Assembly (NCBI GenBank): GCA_951406725.2
Contig: OX597815.1
Location: 47,988,001 to 48,052,000, forward strand
Direction of reading: 5' to 3'
Source of the DNA: Octopus vulgaris
Taxonomy: Eukaryota
Length of the DNA stretch: 64,000 nucleotides
Part shown: piece by piece, positions 49,821 through 63,720 of the stretch
Position numbering within the stretch: position 1 is the stretch's first letter
How the letters are laid out: every line of letters starts with the position of its first letter
The notes under the pieces: generated by a model
The model's input: the letters and a program-made list of their open reading frames with translations, nothing else
What the model was told of the DNA's origin: nothing
The model's database searches: none
Position numbers and translations under genes: made by a program

Positions 49821-51089
49821 TCTAATTATCCATCTATCGTGGAGTGACCCACTGTTCTTGAGGAGACCCATTGAGTCAAGTACGTCAACACCAACATCAA
49901 AATAACAATCAAATGGAAATTGTAGTTAAGATACTCATGACAGTGACACGTAAAAAGCACTGTCCAAACGTGGCAGATGCCAGCGTTGCCTGACTGGTGT
50001 CAGTGACACGTAAAAGCCCCAACAAATCGTGGCCGTTTGCTGGCCACCTCTGGCCCCTGTGCCGGTAGCATGTAAAAAGCACCCACTACACTCACGGAGT
50101 GGTTGGCGTTAGGAAGGGCATCCAGCTGTAGAAACACTGCCAGATCAGACTGGAGCCTGGCGCAGCCTCCTGGCTTCCCAGACCCTGGTCGAACCATCCA
50201 ACCCATGCTAGCATGGAAAATGGATGTTAAACGATGATGATGATGATGATCTGTCTCATCATCATCTAAAGTCTCTTTTCCATGATGGTTTGACTGGAAC
50301 TGGTATGCTGGAGAGCTAGACCAAGTTCCAGCCTGATTTGGCATGGTTTCTGTGGCTGGATGATAGGAGATATATGTACACACACACAAAAGTATAGGTG
50401 TGTATGTGTGTGTATGTGTGTATACAGTATAAGAGAGAGAGAGAGAGAGAGTGGGGGGATGGTACTCAATCATTATAGTTTCCTTCTTTGATGGCAAAGA
50501 GACTGGAATGTAGTGAAGGAGTGTAGCAGACGTAGCAGTATAAATGGTGGAGGCAGTGATGATGACAATGATGACAACGATGAAGATTATTATTATTATT
50601 ATTATTACGATGTAGAAAGCAGCAGTAAGTAAGAGGGTAGTGGTGATGTGTGTGATAGCAATGATGAGCAGTGATAGATGTTAGGGCAGGGACAGAGAAG
50701 ACCAGAGAATATGGTAATAGCAGCAGTGATAGTGGTGGGTGGGTGGGTAAGCAGAGGGGACAGTGGTGTAGGATGGTTGATAGTAAGGGAGGTGCTGATG
50801 ATGAGAGGAGATATTGGACAAATTCAATTTGGCAAATTACAGAGGAGGTCCAATGGATACGATTAAAGTGAGAACAGTGGCCCGTGGTGGAATCTTTTAG
50901 AAATTACATGCTGGTTGGTAAGGGGTTGGTGAGGGGCAAAAATATGTTCATTAATTTCGGCAGAGGGGCAGCAGCATTCAAACTGTCATCAGATGGAAGT
51001 AAGCTCTGGGCATTGTGTTCGTCTACAGACAGAACAGAGATAGTTCTGAGGGAAAAATTATTATTATTGTTGTTGTTGTTATTATGCAT

Positions 51090-51620
51090 GAGTAATCATT
51101 CTGGTAAAGAGAGAGGAAAGAGAGAAACAGAAAGAGGGCGGTCAAGAAAATGGAGATGGAATAAAGAGAAGATGTGGGGAGAAAGAAAGGGGTAAGAAAC
51201 AAGAAGCAGGGGAGAGAGAGGGAGAGAAAGAGAGAGAGAGATAGAGAGAGAGAAAAGAAGAAGAAGTAAGAGAGAGAGAGAGAGAGAGAGAAAAGAAGAA
51301 GTAAGAGAGAGAGAGAGATTAAAAGTATAAAGTAAAAGGAAATGTGGAGAGTGGAAATCAAAGTGATGAGAAAGGGCAGTCCAAGACAGAAGCTGGTGAG
51401 GGAAGAGGAAATGGAAAGTAAAGTATGAGAGAGAATGGGAAGTGAGTGAAAGGGTTATAGCTGGGTGAGAGAGAGAGAGAGAGAGAAGACATGTAGAAGG
51501 GAAAAAGAGGTTAAGAAAAAAGTGAAGTCTGATGTGACTAAAGAGAGAGAAAGTGAAATTAAAGGAGAAGGAAAGATAATGAGAAACAGCTAGAGAGAAA
51601 AATGAGAGAGAACATTAAGA
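51090..51620. repeat. About 530-bp GA-rich polypurine tract
   Basis: Mostly A/G on the + strand with (GA)n runs. Confidence 0.9.
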
Positions 51621-51721
51621 GAGATGTGTTAAAATATACAGAAGAAAGAACAGATAAAATCCAGTTAAAAGGAAAACCAAAACCAAACCCAAAACCCAAA
51701 CAAAAAAAGCAAAAATATTAG

Positions 51722-52013
51722 ACAATAGGTGAAATAAAAGGGTAAAGCTCCTTCTTGAGTCATATAGATTCTTAAGACCAGTTTCCTGGCTTCTGTGGTG
51801 TATATATATATTCTCCACCTGGATGGGACACTGGTCCATTGCAGGATTACTCACTCACCTTGGTCAGCTGAGTGGACTGGAAAAATGTGAAATGAAGTAT
51901 TTTACTCAAGAACATAATACACTACCTGATCCAGGAATTGAAACCACAATCTTACGATCATGAGTCCAACACCCTAACCACTAAGCCATGTGCCATCACA
52001 ATGGGTGAGATAA
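51722..52013 (-). mobile_element. Family C-related SINE with 16-bp TSD
   Basis: acaataggtgaaataa (51722) and acaatgggtgagataa (51998) flank it; related copies at about 2622-2850 (+) and 15600-15780 (-). Confidence 0.75.
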
Positions 52014-52289
52014 GAAGTATAAAAAAAAAGAAAACTTTGGAAAACCACATGAAGAAGAAGGGAGTAGTTAAGATAGCTTCTTGGTAAAAACCTAGCTAGA
52101 TCCTGCTAAAACTTCATGATGGAGTCTCTATATAAATTACGCAACCAGCAAGAAAGAGAAGCCAAATGTCCTTCAAATCAAACTTCATTATCTTAAACAA
52201 GGGAGGCCATATTAGGTATTGTAGTCTCAGATATTCTGCAAAAAAGATGGGAGGATCACAGCTGGAAGGCTTTTGATCAAAGGCTTGCC

Positions 52290-52616
52290 TGATTCAATTC
52301 TGCTGAGGCCAATTTTGCCTTTCACTTCCACTCCATGATTGATAAAAAAAAGTATAATCAACGAAGGATTGAGGTTGATTTAATCAACTAATATCTTTTC
52401 CTTGAATTTCTAACAATTATGTTGAACAAAATGCTTAGTGGCATTTCTTCTGACTTTACATTCTGAGTTCAAATACCACTGAAGTCAACTTTACCTTTCG
52501 TCCTTTCAGGGTCATTAAAATAAGTACCTGTTGAGCACTAGAGTTGATGCAATCAACATGTCCCCCCATTCCCCAACTCCACAAAAATTTCAGGCCTTGT
52601 GCCTATCATGGAAAGA

Positions 52617-52651
<35 letters not shown>

Positions 52652-53010
52652 CATCATCATTATTATTATTAAATTCTGCTGAGGTTGACTTTGCCTTTTA
52701 TCCTTGATGAAATAAGTACCAGTTGAACACTGGGGTCGATGTTATCAACTCGTCCCCTCCCCCAAAACTTCAGGCCTTGTGCTTTTAGTAGAAAGGATTT
52801 TTCTTCTTATTAAGGCAATGAGCTGGCGGAATCTTTAGCATGCTATGTGAAATACTTAGCAGTATTTCATTTGTCTTTACATTCTGAGTTCAAATTCTGC
52901 CATGGTTGACTTAGCATTTCATCCTTATGGTGTTGATAAATTAAGTGCTAATGTAATACTGGGGTCAATGTAATCGACGTAACCCCTCCACTGAAATTTC
53001 AGGCCTCCTC
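52290..53010 (+). mobile_element. Second head-to-tail family B SINE array
   Basis: About four partial copies separated by (ATT)n. Confidence 0.8.
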
Positions 53011-53049
53011 CTCTTCCTCCTTCTTCTTCTAATTATTATTATTAATGTA

Positions 53050-53450
53050 GCCAACTGAGAATTCACTGCAAATTGGCAGGACATGTTTGAATGCAAAAAG
53101 ACTGCATTCTGAAAATTCTTTTGTATGGCCAACAAGATGAGGGATTTGTTGGTAAAAGAAGACCCTGCTAAGGTGTAAGGATAAGTTGAAACGATCACTA
53201 AAATCCTTACAGCTTAACTTAAAATCTTGGGAAAGTTATTGCCAGGATTGATCAAAGTGGCACAGAATGTGACATGAAGCATCCAAACAATTTGAGTTGA
53301 AGAAACAGAACAATAAAAGAATGATATTCTCCAATCAACAGACACATTTGTCCAATTCCAAGTAAAATCAAAATCATCATTGTCTCCACTGTGACTTCGT
53401 AGCAAAACCCCTACCTGGACTTAAATTACACTCAAGCATCTACTGCAAAT
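53050..53450 (+). mobile_element. Degenerate RTE-type LINE 3' fragment with terminal C2H2-like finger
   Basis: WAGHV..ILKILLYGQ..RP..KDKLKRSL..WESYCQD.SKW..CLHCDFVAK..GLKLH read across stops. Confidence 0.65.
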
Positions 53451-55199
53451 ATATGCAGCTTCTTTTTAAACACTTTTTTTTTCTTTTCTTAATCTTTTCC
53501 TTCAAAAACTCATTCATCGAAATCAACAGGAGTGATAATCATTATTAATCATCATCATCATCATTGTTTAACGTCCGCTTTCCATGCTAGCATGGGTTGG
53601 ACGATTTGACTGAGGTCTGACGAACCAGATGGCTGCACCAGGCTCCAATCTGATCTGGCAGAGTTTCTACAGCAGGATACCCTTCATAATGCCATCCACT
53701 CCGAGAGTGTAGTGGGTGCTTTTACGTGCCACCGGCACGAGGGCCAGTCAGGCGGTACTGGCAACAGCCACGCTCAAATGGTGCTTTGAAGATAAATCTG
53801 ATCTATTAGACACATACATATTGTTTGTGTTTTAGTTTAGCCTCAGGTCAGTCCAAATTGAGTTAACTCATGATCAAAGGAATCTTCTCTAGGACTACAT
53901 TCTTCAATGTGTTCTCTTTTTCTCTCTAAGACAATAGTGAGTGTGGCTTGAGGAAAATGTAGCTGCTATTTCTAGGAGGTCAAGCAACCACACAACGAAT
54001 TCATACCTTCTTACACAGACTCTAGGTTGAATCTGTGCTGGGTCACAGACTGCATTTCTCCTCTATCTCCATCAGATCCACTCTGCTTTTACTTCAAATT
54101 TTTCTGCTACATATCACCAATTATGGGTTGTCAATGACAAATCTGATTTTACTGATTTGTGTTGACTTCATAAATGTAAGTTGTTGACCAGATTCCCAAA
54201 ATTCCTACTTGTTTATAAAGAAAACCATTAGTCAAATTTTTACTGATAAGACAAAATACAGTTTACAACTATTTGTGTTTGGTAACTAGAAAGTTTCAAG
54301 TTCAAATTACAGTATAGATCTGCTACATTTTTAAACAGTCTATTTCTGAAACCTTTATTCTGTTCAGAGATTACAAAACTAGATCCAATATACTAATAAA
54401 ACAACAATTTGTCTCACACAATAAAACAGAATGACAATCATCGTCATTTAGCTTCCCTTTTCCATGCTGGCATGGGTTAGATGGTTTGACTTGAATTGGT
54501 AAGCCAGAGAACTGCACCAGGCTCCAGTCTAGTTTGGCTTAGTTTCTATGGTTGGATGCCCTTACTCCACAGAGTGTACCTGGTGCCTTTTATGTGTCAC
54601 TGGTATGGGCACCTATTACATGTCACTGGCACTGTCTGTGACTACAGTTTCACTTAGCCTGATGTGTCTTCTGAAGCACAGCAAATCGCCAAAAGTCTCA
54701 GTCACCTGTCATCACCTCTGTGAGACTCAAAATCTGAAAACCATATTTTATCATCTCATCCCATGTCTTCCAGGATCTACCTCTTCCATATGTTTCCTCT
54801 ACAGTTAGATTGGTACTTCTTTATGCAGCTGTCCTCATCCATATGCACCACATGGCCATACCAGCACAATCTTCTCTCTTGTACACTACATCTTATACCC
54901 TTAATACTCAATTTTTCTCTTAAGACACGCTCTGACAATGGATGATCCAAATCAAACTAGAACAGCATATATAGTTTGAAGGTTATCACAGTGACATAAG
55001 TCTACTTAAGTAAAAATGAACTGTAATGTTCAACGAAGATAATGTAGTCTAACACTGGTTTTACTATTTACAGATTCATTTTTAAATAGTCAATAAGAGT
55101 ATACTGGAATAAACTGTAGTCTTGAAGTAGAAACTTATATCACATTGCAACTATATTGTGAAAGAGTTATTTAATAATATGTAAAGCTGTTAAATTCGT

Positions 55200-56520
55200 T
55201 TTAAATTTTAATTTCTAGATGTCATAGGTTTCCCTTTCCAGCCAGCAGGAACATATAAAAGAACATACTGAACATTTTTTTGGACTGATTAATATAGGGT
55301 CTGGATTTGGAGAGGATTTTCCATTTGAAGTTGAAATTGGTCATTTCATTTTTAAGTTTTCAGATTAAAGCTGAAACAGTTATTGAAGGTCTCTTATCAT
55401 GGTGCCTAAAACTTGAAAGATGGTTGTTATATTTAGATTTAAATTTTCCTTCCACAGCTCTGATATTTGCATGACCATTGTTGTAATTTGCTGAAACCTG
55501 TGCTTCATAAACAATGGAAGAAATATTGCACTTCTGTCCTAGAGAACATTTAGATCTGTCCCTACATGTGCATCCAAGGCAGGCTTGAGTCATCCGTTCC
55601 TTATTGATATATGACTTAACATTAGGGAAACAAGAAAATGTAACTTTTATTGCATGTCTGTTAAAGATTTTATAGTATCTCTGGGTTCTAAAGAAGTGGA
55701 TATCTACTAAGTGCAATAATCTCCAACCTACATTTATTTGTCCTAACAGTAAGGGAAAAAGTGGGTGGCGAACCATAAACTCTTTGGAGACCTACTCTTA
55801 TGACTAGATGATAGAAAAGGTGAGGGTGTCATAGAAGATTTTATCAGTAAAGACCTTATTATAATATGGTGTAGCCTTTTTGAATAGTTTTTAGAAGAAA
55901 GACATGCGATCCCATTGCTAATATTTGGAATAAAATTTTTAAATACAATAGGTGGGTGACAAGAGTATTTATTAATATATTTAAGGTTCTTGTTATTCTT
56001 GTGGAATGGACTACGTGAATTGATTCTGAGATCTAAGTAAACTTTTACAAAATCAGTTTTAGTTAGGATGGTATTGCTAGGTATATTAAATCCTAAAAAC
56101 TTGAAGGTAGAAGTGAATTGCTTTCTAAAGGAATCCATAGTGTGGCCATTACAATTGTGTGATACTGCTAAAGCATTGTTGCAGTATATACTGATGCTAT
56201 GGATGGGGAATTTCGAATTAAGATGGTCTAATACATATAAACCAACTAACTCACATATGTCCATGCTATCATATGATGAACCCATTGGGACATCGAATAG
56301 TTCACATTGGTTATCTTTTTTGGTCCAAACAGACCTGTTACTAAATAACAATGTCTTATGTCTGTGGATAATGACCTGTATTTCTTGCTCATCTATGGTT
56401 GTAAATGAACATGCAAACTCTAATGTATTATGTGACAGTGATTCCGATATCGATAGCTAGAAATCCACAATATCAAACTGAGTGAATTTTGCTTTATTTT
56501 TATTGTGAATGGATTTGAAC
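55200..56520 (-). mobile_element. Degenerate Penelope-like retroelement (RT plus GIY-YIG)
   Basis: FDVPMGSSYDSMDICELVGLY, YINKYSCHPP, CTCRDRSKCSLGQKC, SIVYEAQV, FKSKYNNHLSSF across ORFs 55743..56351 and 55360..55776. Confidence 0.85.
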
Positions 56521-58379
56521 CAAAATATCATTGGTAATACCTTGGTTCTTTTATTCTTCATTTTACATAGCACCAGTGCAAATGCTTTTACAAGGCACCA
56601 GCATCCATGAGCCTGCAAGATTAGGATCACTCAGCTGAAGAGGGACATGCCTATATGCAAGGACAACCACAATTTTACTTAGCTTGACGTCCCTTCTCAA
56701 GCACAGCAAACCACCAGAAGTTTTGGTCCTTTGTTTTCCCCTCTGGGAGGCCCAACATCTGACGATTTTTTTCTCATTGCTTCATCTCACATCTTTCTGG
56801 GTCTACCCCTTCCACACGTTCCATCCACAATTAGAGATCAGCACTTCTTGATGCTATGTTCTTGTCCATATGAATAACATGACCATACCAGCGTAATTTT
56901 CTCTCTTGCACACTACATCTGGTGCCTTGTATACCTAGTTTTTCTCTCAGAATATTTACATTCTGATGTATATGCACACTGACATTACCTGTACAGCAGA
57001 GCATCATTTACAGCCCAGTGTGTTTTCACCCTTTCTGTCTAAGACGAGAAATTTTTCCCAAGATTATTTCTGTAGCGAAAGGTCTTTGCATGTCCAAGTA
57101 CACTTAAACATGTTAGATTAGACTTTACACAAGTATCTGTGCGTGTATGTGCTTATGTTTGTATTTCATTTTATTGTGTTTTTTTACTAGTTTCAGAAAT
57201 TAGATCGCAGCCATACTGGCATACCACTTTCTGGGATTTTAATCTTAGCAACACCCACCACAGTGCTTATCTCAATTTGTTACTTATGCTGGCAATATAT
57301 ATGTAGGAAATTATTTTTTAACACAAAACAGATTTATTCTGATGTGCATAAAAATATATACAAACACATGTGTGTGTGTGATATATATATATATATATAC
57401 GAAAAATGGTTAGTCTATACAAGTCAAAAATTATACCTAAACAAAGTAAATAAAGTTGGAAAAGGCACAGAAGTATATAGCAAGCACGCAGTTTACACAT
57501 GCAAAATTCCAACCAGGATAATTCCAGTCACCCTGGGGCAACAATAGCATAGGTTTGCTTAAGGTGCTGCTTAGTAGAATCAAACTGAGAACCACATGTT
57601 TGTAAGGCAAACTTCTCAGCCAAAGTTTTACGCAAGAGCTGCTATGATTGAAATGTTCCACAACAGTTTTATAACACTGGGAAATTCTACTCTTTATTTT
57701 ACCTTCCAGAAATAGCAACCACATTCGACAATGTAGTCCAAGGTACACACATACCCAGAAAAAGATATGTATTTTTTAATGTATATTCGAGAACCCTCTG
57801 AATAGGAGAGCAGTAAAAATAAAGCACATAAGGAAGCTCATTTTTATCAGAATCAATATAAACAAACTTATTGGCAACAAAACAAAAAGCTTTTTTTTCC
57901 CCACAAAAAAAATCTAAGGGAAGTAACTCAAAATACAAATGTAGCAGTTATTTCCCTTTGATAGTATGCTTTAACACTAGGATTTTCAATGTAAATGAAA
58001 TCGATAGATTGATACTGAACACAGCATGGCTTCGAAATCGTCTGGTCCGGGTTCTATCACAGAGTGTGGAATCTTGGATGAGAGTTTTTCTTTTCTTTTT
58101 ACCAAATAACCACGGATCGAACCACGCCTACTGAGTGAAAACTAGATAAACGGAATTTTGTGGAAGTACCTAGATGCGTTGCAGTTATAATTTAATTGTG
58201 AAATTTTTTTCACACTTGGATCAAGCTGAATCCATTCAAGAATTATGTTAAGGGTACTTGTACCCGAGAAATGTTAACTCATTTACACACAAATTCAATG
58301 GCCAGGTAGTTCAGTGATCGGACAACTGAAAGCTCTTCAGTGAAAGTGACAGATGTCCATTGTTATTGTTAGGTACCCT

Positions 58380-58600
58380 AAAGGAGGCAAGCTGGAAGAA
58401 TCGTTATCCCTCGGGGCAAAATGCTTAGCGGCATTTCGTCCATTTTTACCTTCTAAGTTCAAATTCCGCGGAGGTCGACTTTGCCTTTCATTCTTTTGGT
58501 ATTGGTAAATTAAGTACCAGTGAAACACTCGGGTCAATGTAATCGACTAGTCCCCTCCCACAAAATTTCAGGCCTTGTGCCTATAGTAGAAAGGATTATT
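58380..58600 (+). mobile_element. Family B SINE retaining many CpGs
   Basis: Same consensus. Confidence 0.85.
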
Positions 58601-59732
58601 AGCTACCCTAGAATATTTCTCAAAAGAACAGTGTGTGATTTATGATATATGTTATCCAAAGGGAGCTCTAAATCTCATAAAGATCGTCATTTGTATTAGC
58701 AGCATTCAACAGAATCGTGTTTGATTACACACAGAACAAAGTACCATTGTATTGCAAGTAACATTCCTAGATCTGATATCTTGGGAGGGTTATTATGCCA
58801 ATGATAAATACACGTACTGGTTTTATTTCGCTTCTTTTATTATTATTATTATTATTATTACTATTATTATTATTATTATTATTATTTAAGCACCATTTGA
58901 GCGTGATCGTTACCAGCGTCGCCTTACTGGCACTTGTGCCGGTGACATGTGAACAAAATAATCAAGCGAGGTCGTTGCCAGTGCCACTGGACTGACTCCT
59001 GTGCAAGTGGCACGTAAAAAACACCATCTGAGCGAGGTCGTTGCCAGTAGCCCCTGACTGGCCCTTGTGCCGGTGGCATGTAAAAGCACCCACTACACTC
59101 TTGGAGTGGCTGGCGTTAGAAAGGGCATCCAGCTGTAGAAACTCTGCCAGATCAGATTGGAGCCTGGTGCAGCCATCTGATTCACCAATCCCCAGTCAAA
59201 TCGTCCAACCCATGCTAGCATGGAAAGCGGACGTTAAATGATGATGGTGATGATGATGAGAGAGTGAGCTAATGTGTGGCATGAACATTTGATCACTGTA
59301 AACAAATCATTTGTGCAGCTCCTTTGGCAAAAGTAGAACATTCACACATTGTCTTCAATAAGATAATTCATCTAGATTATTATTATTATTATTAATATTA
59401 TTATTATTATGATTAAAGCAGCAAGATGGCAGAATTGTTACTGTGCTGGGCAAAAGGCATAGCAGCATTTCGTCTATCTTAACATTCCGAGTTCAAATAC
59501 TGCTGAGGTCGACCTAGCCTTTTGTCTTTTTAGGGGTCAATAAAATAAGTACCAGTTGAATACTGGAGTTGAGGTAATTGACTTACACACACCCTCGAAA
59601 TTGCTGGCCTTGTGCCAAAATCTGAAATCATCATCATTATTATTTAGTCAATTCTTTAACATTTAAACAATTAACTAATCAAACATCTGACTATCAATTG
59701 TTCAGTCAATCAATCAGCCAATAAATCTATTC

Positions 59733-59960
59733 TAACCCTTTAGCATTTAAACAGGCCATATCTGGCCTAAAATGTTCCAACTGTTTTCTGTTAAAACCGA
59801 CCACATCTGGCTTCTCACACCTACCCAACAATGTCATTCAAAATGTAAACAATCACATCATCAAAATCTCAAAGCTACAGGATATTACATGATTAATTCA
59901 AAACAATGTGAATGAAAGAGCATTACATTTGACAGAGTAGTTTGAATGCTTAGGGGTTAA
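59733..59960 (+). mobile_element. piggyBac-like MITE copy
   Basis: taaccctttagcatttaaa...gaatgcttaggggttaa. Confidence 0.7.
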
Positions 59961-60689
59961 CAAAGCCAGGTGAGCTAAAACATACGGAATTAAGAATGCA
60001 TCTATATCTTTTTAGAGCTTCGTTAATGAGTGAAAGGCAGTGTCATGACTTCTGCCCTCTTTTTTATTCTATTTATTTATTTTTGTGGGGCTTTGAGACT
60101 GATGGGGAAAAGGAGGACACTATACTCAAAGACAGACCAGGCCCAAATTCTTGCAATGGAGCGAACCCTGGTGAAGGTGCTCAAGAACTCAGATCACTGA
60201 GAGATAAAAACTCATATAATAAACAGCAGCACAGTTAGGGAGTAGGGAGATGGTAGGTGAGGGGGCAATACTTCTAAGTCTGTTGTATAAGTCTGTATGG
60301 AGGCTTGGATGGGTAGGGGGGGGAGAGCAGCAATTTTAAGGGTGGTACACACATTGGCAACGCTAATGACCATAAAGCATCCTATTTAAGGCAGCTCTAA
60401 CAATTCTGCCAACTCATTAACCTGAACACGTAGTTTATTTTACTGAGCCAACAAGAAAGGCAAACTTGACTTAACAGAGATTTAATCACAAAACAGAAAA
60501 TAGAACAACTACAGAAGTTTTTTTTTTCCTAGGGTTTAATAATTCTGCCAGTTTGGTGCCTAACAAATACATATTGTCTGAAGTAGATATGAACTCACTA
60601 CCAATGAATTGGAATTCTAATATTTTTGATCCATTCGCAATCACTACAAATATTAAAAAAACATAGAGACCCTTTGTACCTGATAAACT

Positions 60690-61230
60690 GGAACATGACA
60701 CAACAAAAGTCCTCAAGACTGCAGTAAACACAGGATCTCACCATTGTTGAAGATCTTTCCTGATGAACACACATGGCAAAGACTGGTCTACCTATTCAGA
60801 ACCAGAAAACACATCAGCACCCAAAAACTACCAACCCTCTACAAAGCTCAAATGAGATTCACAATGGAATACTACACCCATATCTGGGACAGCACTGTGG
60901 TTACACATGCAGGCATCTTAGACCTGCATTTCAAGGAAGACCAAGAGACTGACTGGCATGAAGTCATTCACCAGATACCAACACCTGGTCCACAAACACA
61001 TTCTCAACGTTCTTTCTTTCTCTGCTTTTTCTACCATTGTAGTATTGGCCTCTACTTCCTTAAAGCTGGTTTGTCTTATGCCACCTGATTTCAAGAATTC
61101 CCAACTCCCTTGTCTTTTCTTTTACAACTTATATTACATTGACTCACATAAGTCCTACACTATCAACTATGACCAGTCTTTCCTTCTCAGAATATGGTCT
61201 CTCTAGAAATCCCTCTCTGCATGTGTTTAT
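60690..61230 (+). mobile_element. Degenerate CR1/Jockey-type LINE 3' fragment
   Basis: LVYLFRTRKH..LYKAQMRFTMEYYTHIWD resembles LYKAQIRPxMEYCSHIW. Confidence 0.65.
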
Positions 61231-62179
61231 ATCAATCTCAATCTCACCAGTGGTGGAGAGACTGCAAAAGCCATGAACACAGTCCTTTCCTCCAGCCCAA
61301 ACTCAAAAAAAGAAACAGGAAACGTTTATCAGGTCATCCCTGAAGGAACAAAACTCTGATCAAAGACATTCGTGCATTGACCATCTCTTCTTTTTTTTTC
61401 AGGCAAAATGTATCTCAGACTGCATCATCTACAGATCCACTATAGCACTACCATTTTTAAAGACAACAGGGTATAATATGAAAGGAATTTGGCTACTTTT
61501 CCTAGCAGGCTGATGAATCCCATAGATGCCCTCTAGTGAGATGAAAAGGTAGCAGGAAATACAAGGCATTGGTTGATAGACAAAGGAGAGATGACAATGT
61601 TTGGTATTAATACGCATGGTATGAATTATTAAACAGGCTAAAAGGATGCTATGAAAGGCCCTAAATGTGAAATGGTAGTAACATATGGATATGTAATAGG
61701 ACAGCGCAGATTTAACAGGCATACAACCAAATACATTCTAGTTGTTACTAACTCATCATTTTCAAACATGGTGCATCTAATATGTTCTACTTTTCCATTT
61801 TTTTAAAGAAATTAGTCTGAGTGATTTGAGGGAGATTTGGCTGCTCTATGCAAGTGTCACTTCTTCTATAGCCCCAGATTAACCAAAGCCTAGTAAGTAG
61901 ATTTGGTAGACAGAAACTGGAAGAAGCCCATCATATACATATATGTATTTATGTACCCAGGTCTTCACATTACATGATGCAAATAATCATCACTGTCATA
62001 CAAGTAATGTTCCCAGTTCTCTGTAAAATACCTTATCTGGCCAAAGGGAAATATTAGCTTGCTTGGAAACAAGTGAGGGTTGGCAATAGAAATGGCATCC
62101 ATTCATAGAAAATCTGCCTCGACAAATTCCATCTGACCCATACCAGCAGGGAAAAGTAGGCGTTAATTGATCAAAATCA

Positions 62180-62560
62180 AGCTGTTCATTGCAACTGTCA
62201 AATTAGTGCTATTATATAGCTGTGAAACATAGACACTGACACAAATATTGTCAAACGGGCTACATGGATGCTACACACGGATGCTACAAATGGCCCTAAA
62301 TGTGAAACGGCAACATATGGTAAAATGAATGCCTTTAGGGAGACCAGCTGAAAGTTAGTGAGAAGATCAGGTAAAGACAGCTGTGAGCATCTGGTTACTG
62401 TGTGTGTGTCACTCTGTAGAGGAAGCATTCAAATTAGTCTTGTTGAACCCATTTCATGGCGAAGTAAGAAGAGGAAAATGTCATTGGCAACTTGATGGCA
62501 GACACTGGCCTAGAATGTTTCCAGAACCTCGAGGCAGCGATGATGGACCAAGAAGTTGTT
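62180..62560 (+). mobile_element. Degenerate RTE-type LINE fragment (related piece near 61580-61700)
   Basis: GCYTRMLQMALNVK..GYCVCHSVEEAFKLVLLNPFHGEVRRG. Confidence 0.55.
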
Positions 62561-63540
62561 ACTGTAGCCCGAGTTGGAACCTGGCCATAATGATAAATAA
62601 ATGGTGATCTAGCAGGCCAATCGACTGTGTAGATGCACCTCTTGTTGCTTCATACCAGCACTAATGTAGCAACTACAAAGGAATGAAGAATGAAAGCCAA
62701 ATGGAGTGTAGAAACATTACAATTTAAAACGATAGTTTTTTTTTTCTGACTAGTTAGAAACTTTTTCGTAACTGACAGCTAACATGCCTCAACTTCTCAA
62801 ATGGTAGTACCAGCTCTGTTTTACCATTTTCACAATGAACTTTGATCTTTCAGATTTGTTAGCTGTACTTAGTAGCTACTTGAAGCTGCAACATCACCAC
62901 TTTTCACCATAGACATAACAATTATTTGCCAAAATTCGTTACCAAATAACATATAAGCTCATTCAATCATTCTGATAATTGCCACAACTATGGAATTCTT
63001 ATACCTTTAATATATTCTTAGAGTAAATTCCAGCTTTCCAAGATTTCTAATAACTACACACATCTCACTTGTACCCCCTAATCTTCTAACGTAAGAGGAA
63101 TATGTATCATATAAAGATAGTAAACATTATAAGCACCAATTTGAGACAGAAAAGTGCATCAGACTCACTGTTGGGTGACCGCATTACCAATTATAATGCA
63201 GAGTACCTGCTATTCAGTCTTCTCAAATTACTATAAAAGGTACTATAAATATTACAGTTCCATGTGTTTTACACATAATGATGAAAGGGAAAAGAGAAAC
63301 ACTAATATTTTTGTTTGAATTCTTGATTTCTTCAAAGGGTTTCTTTATCAGTGACATGCTACGAGTGTTATAATAACTGTAAGCTGAATATTTATAATTA
63401 TGTAAATTTGTATATTGTGTTATGAAATATATCTTGTAGTTATAAATGAGAGAATGCCACGTTTGTAAATGGAGCAGAAAATGACTGCTAGATAGGTAAG
63501 ATGGGCGGCTGTATTTACACACACACACACACATATAATA

Positions 63541-63720
63541 GGTGCAGGCATGGGTGTGTGGTTGAGAAACTTGTATTCCTACCATGTGGTTTTGGGGTTC
63601 AGTCCCTTTGCATGGCACCTTGGGCAAGTGTCTTTTACTATAGCCTTTGAGTGACAAAATCTTTGTGAGTGTATTTGGTACATAGAAACTGAGAGAAGCC
63701 ACTGTATATGTGTGTGTATA
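63541..63720 (+). mobile_element. SINE family A, 5' half
   Basis: Head and core. Confidence 0.75.

Noticed and set aside
53214-53405. Minus-strand ORF MLRSHSGDNDD...
   Set aside because: It is the antisense of a degenerate + strand RTE fragment
57755-60643. Splice-bounded segments 60599-60643 and 57755-57797 as centlein coding exons
   Set aside because: They can be joined in phase but give a hydrophobic/aromatic peptide unlike the coiled-coil context
63207-63230. Possible upstream exon NLRRLNS-R that would join exon A in phase
   Set aside because: Weak donor (gtactc), only 24 nt, no homology support; 23-nt QFQEYNV-L near 44771-44793 is equally plausible, so the upstream exon is left unassigned
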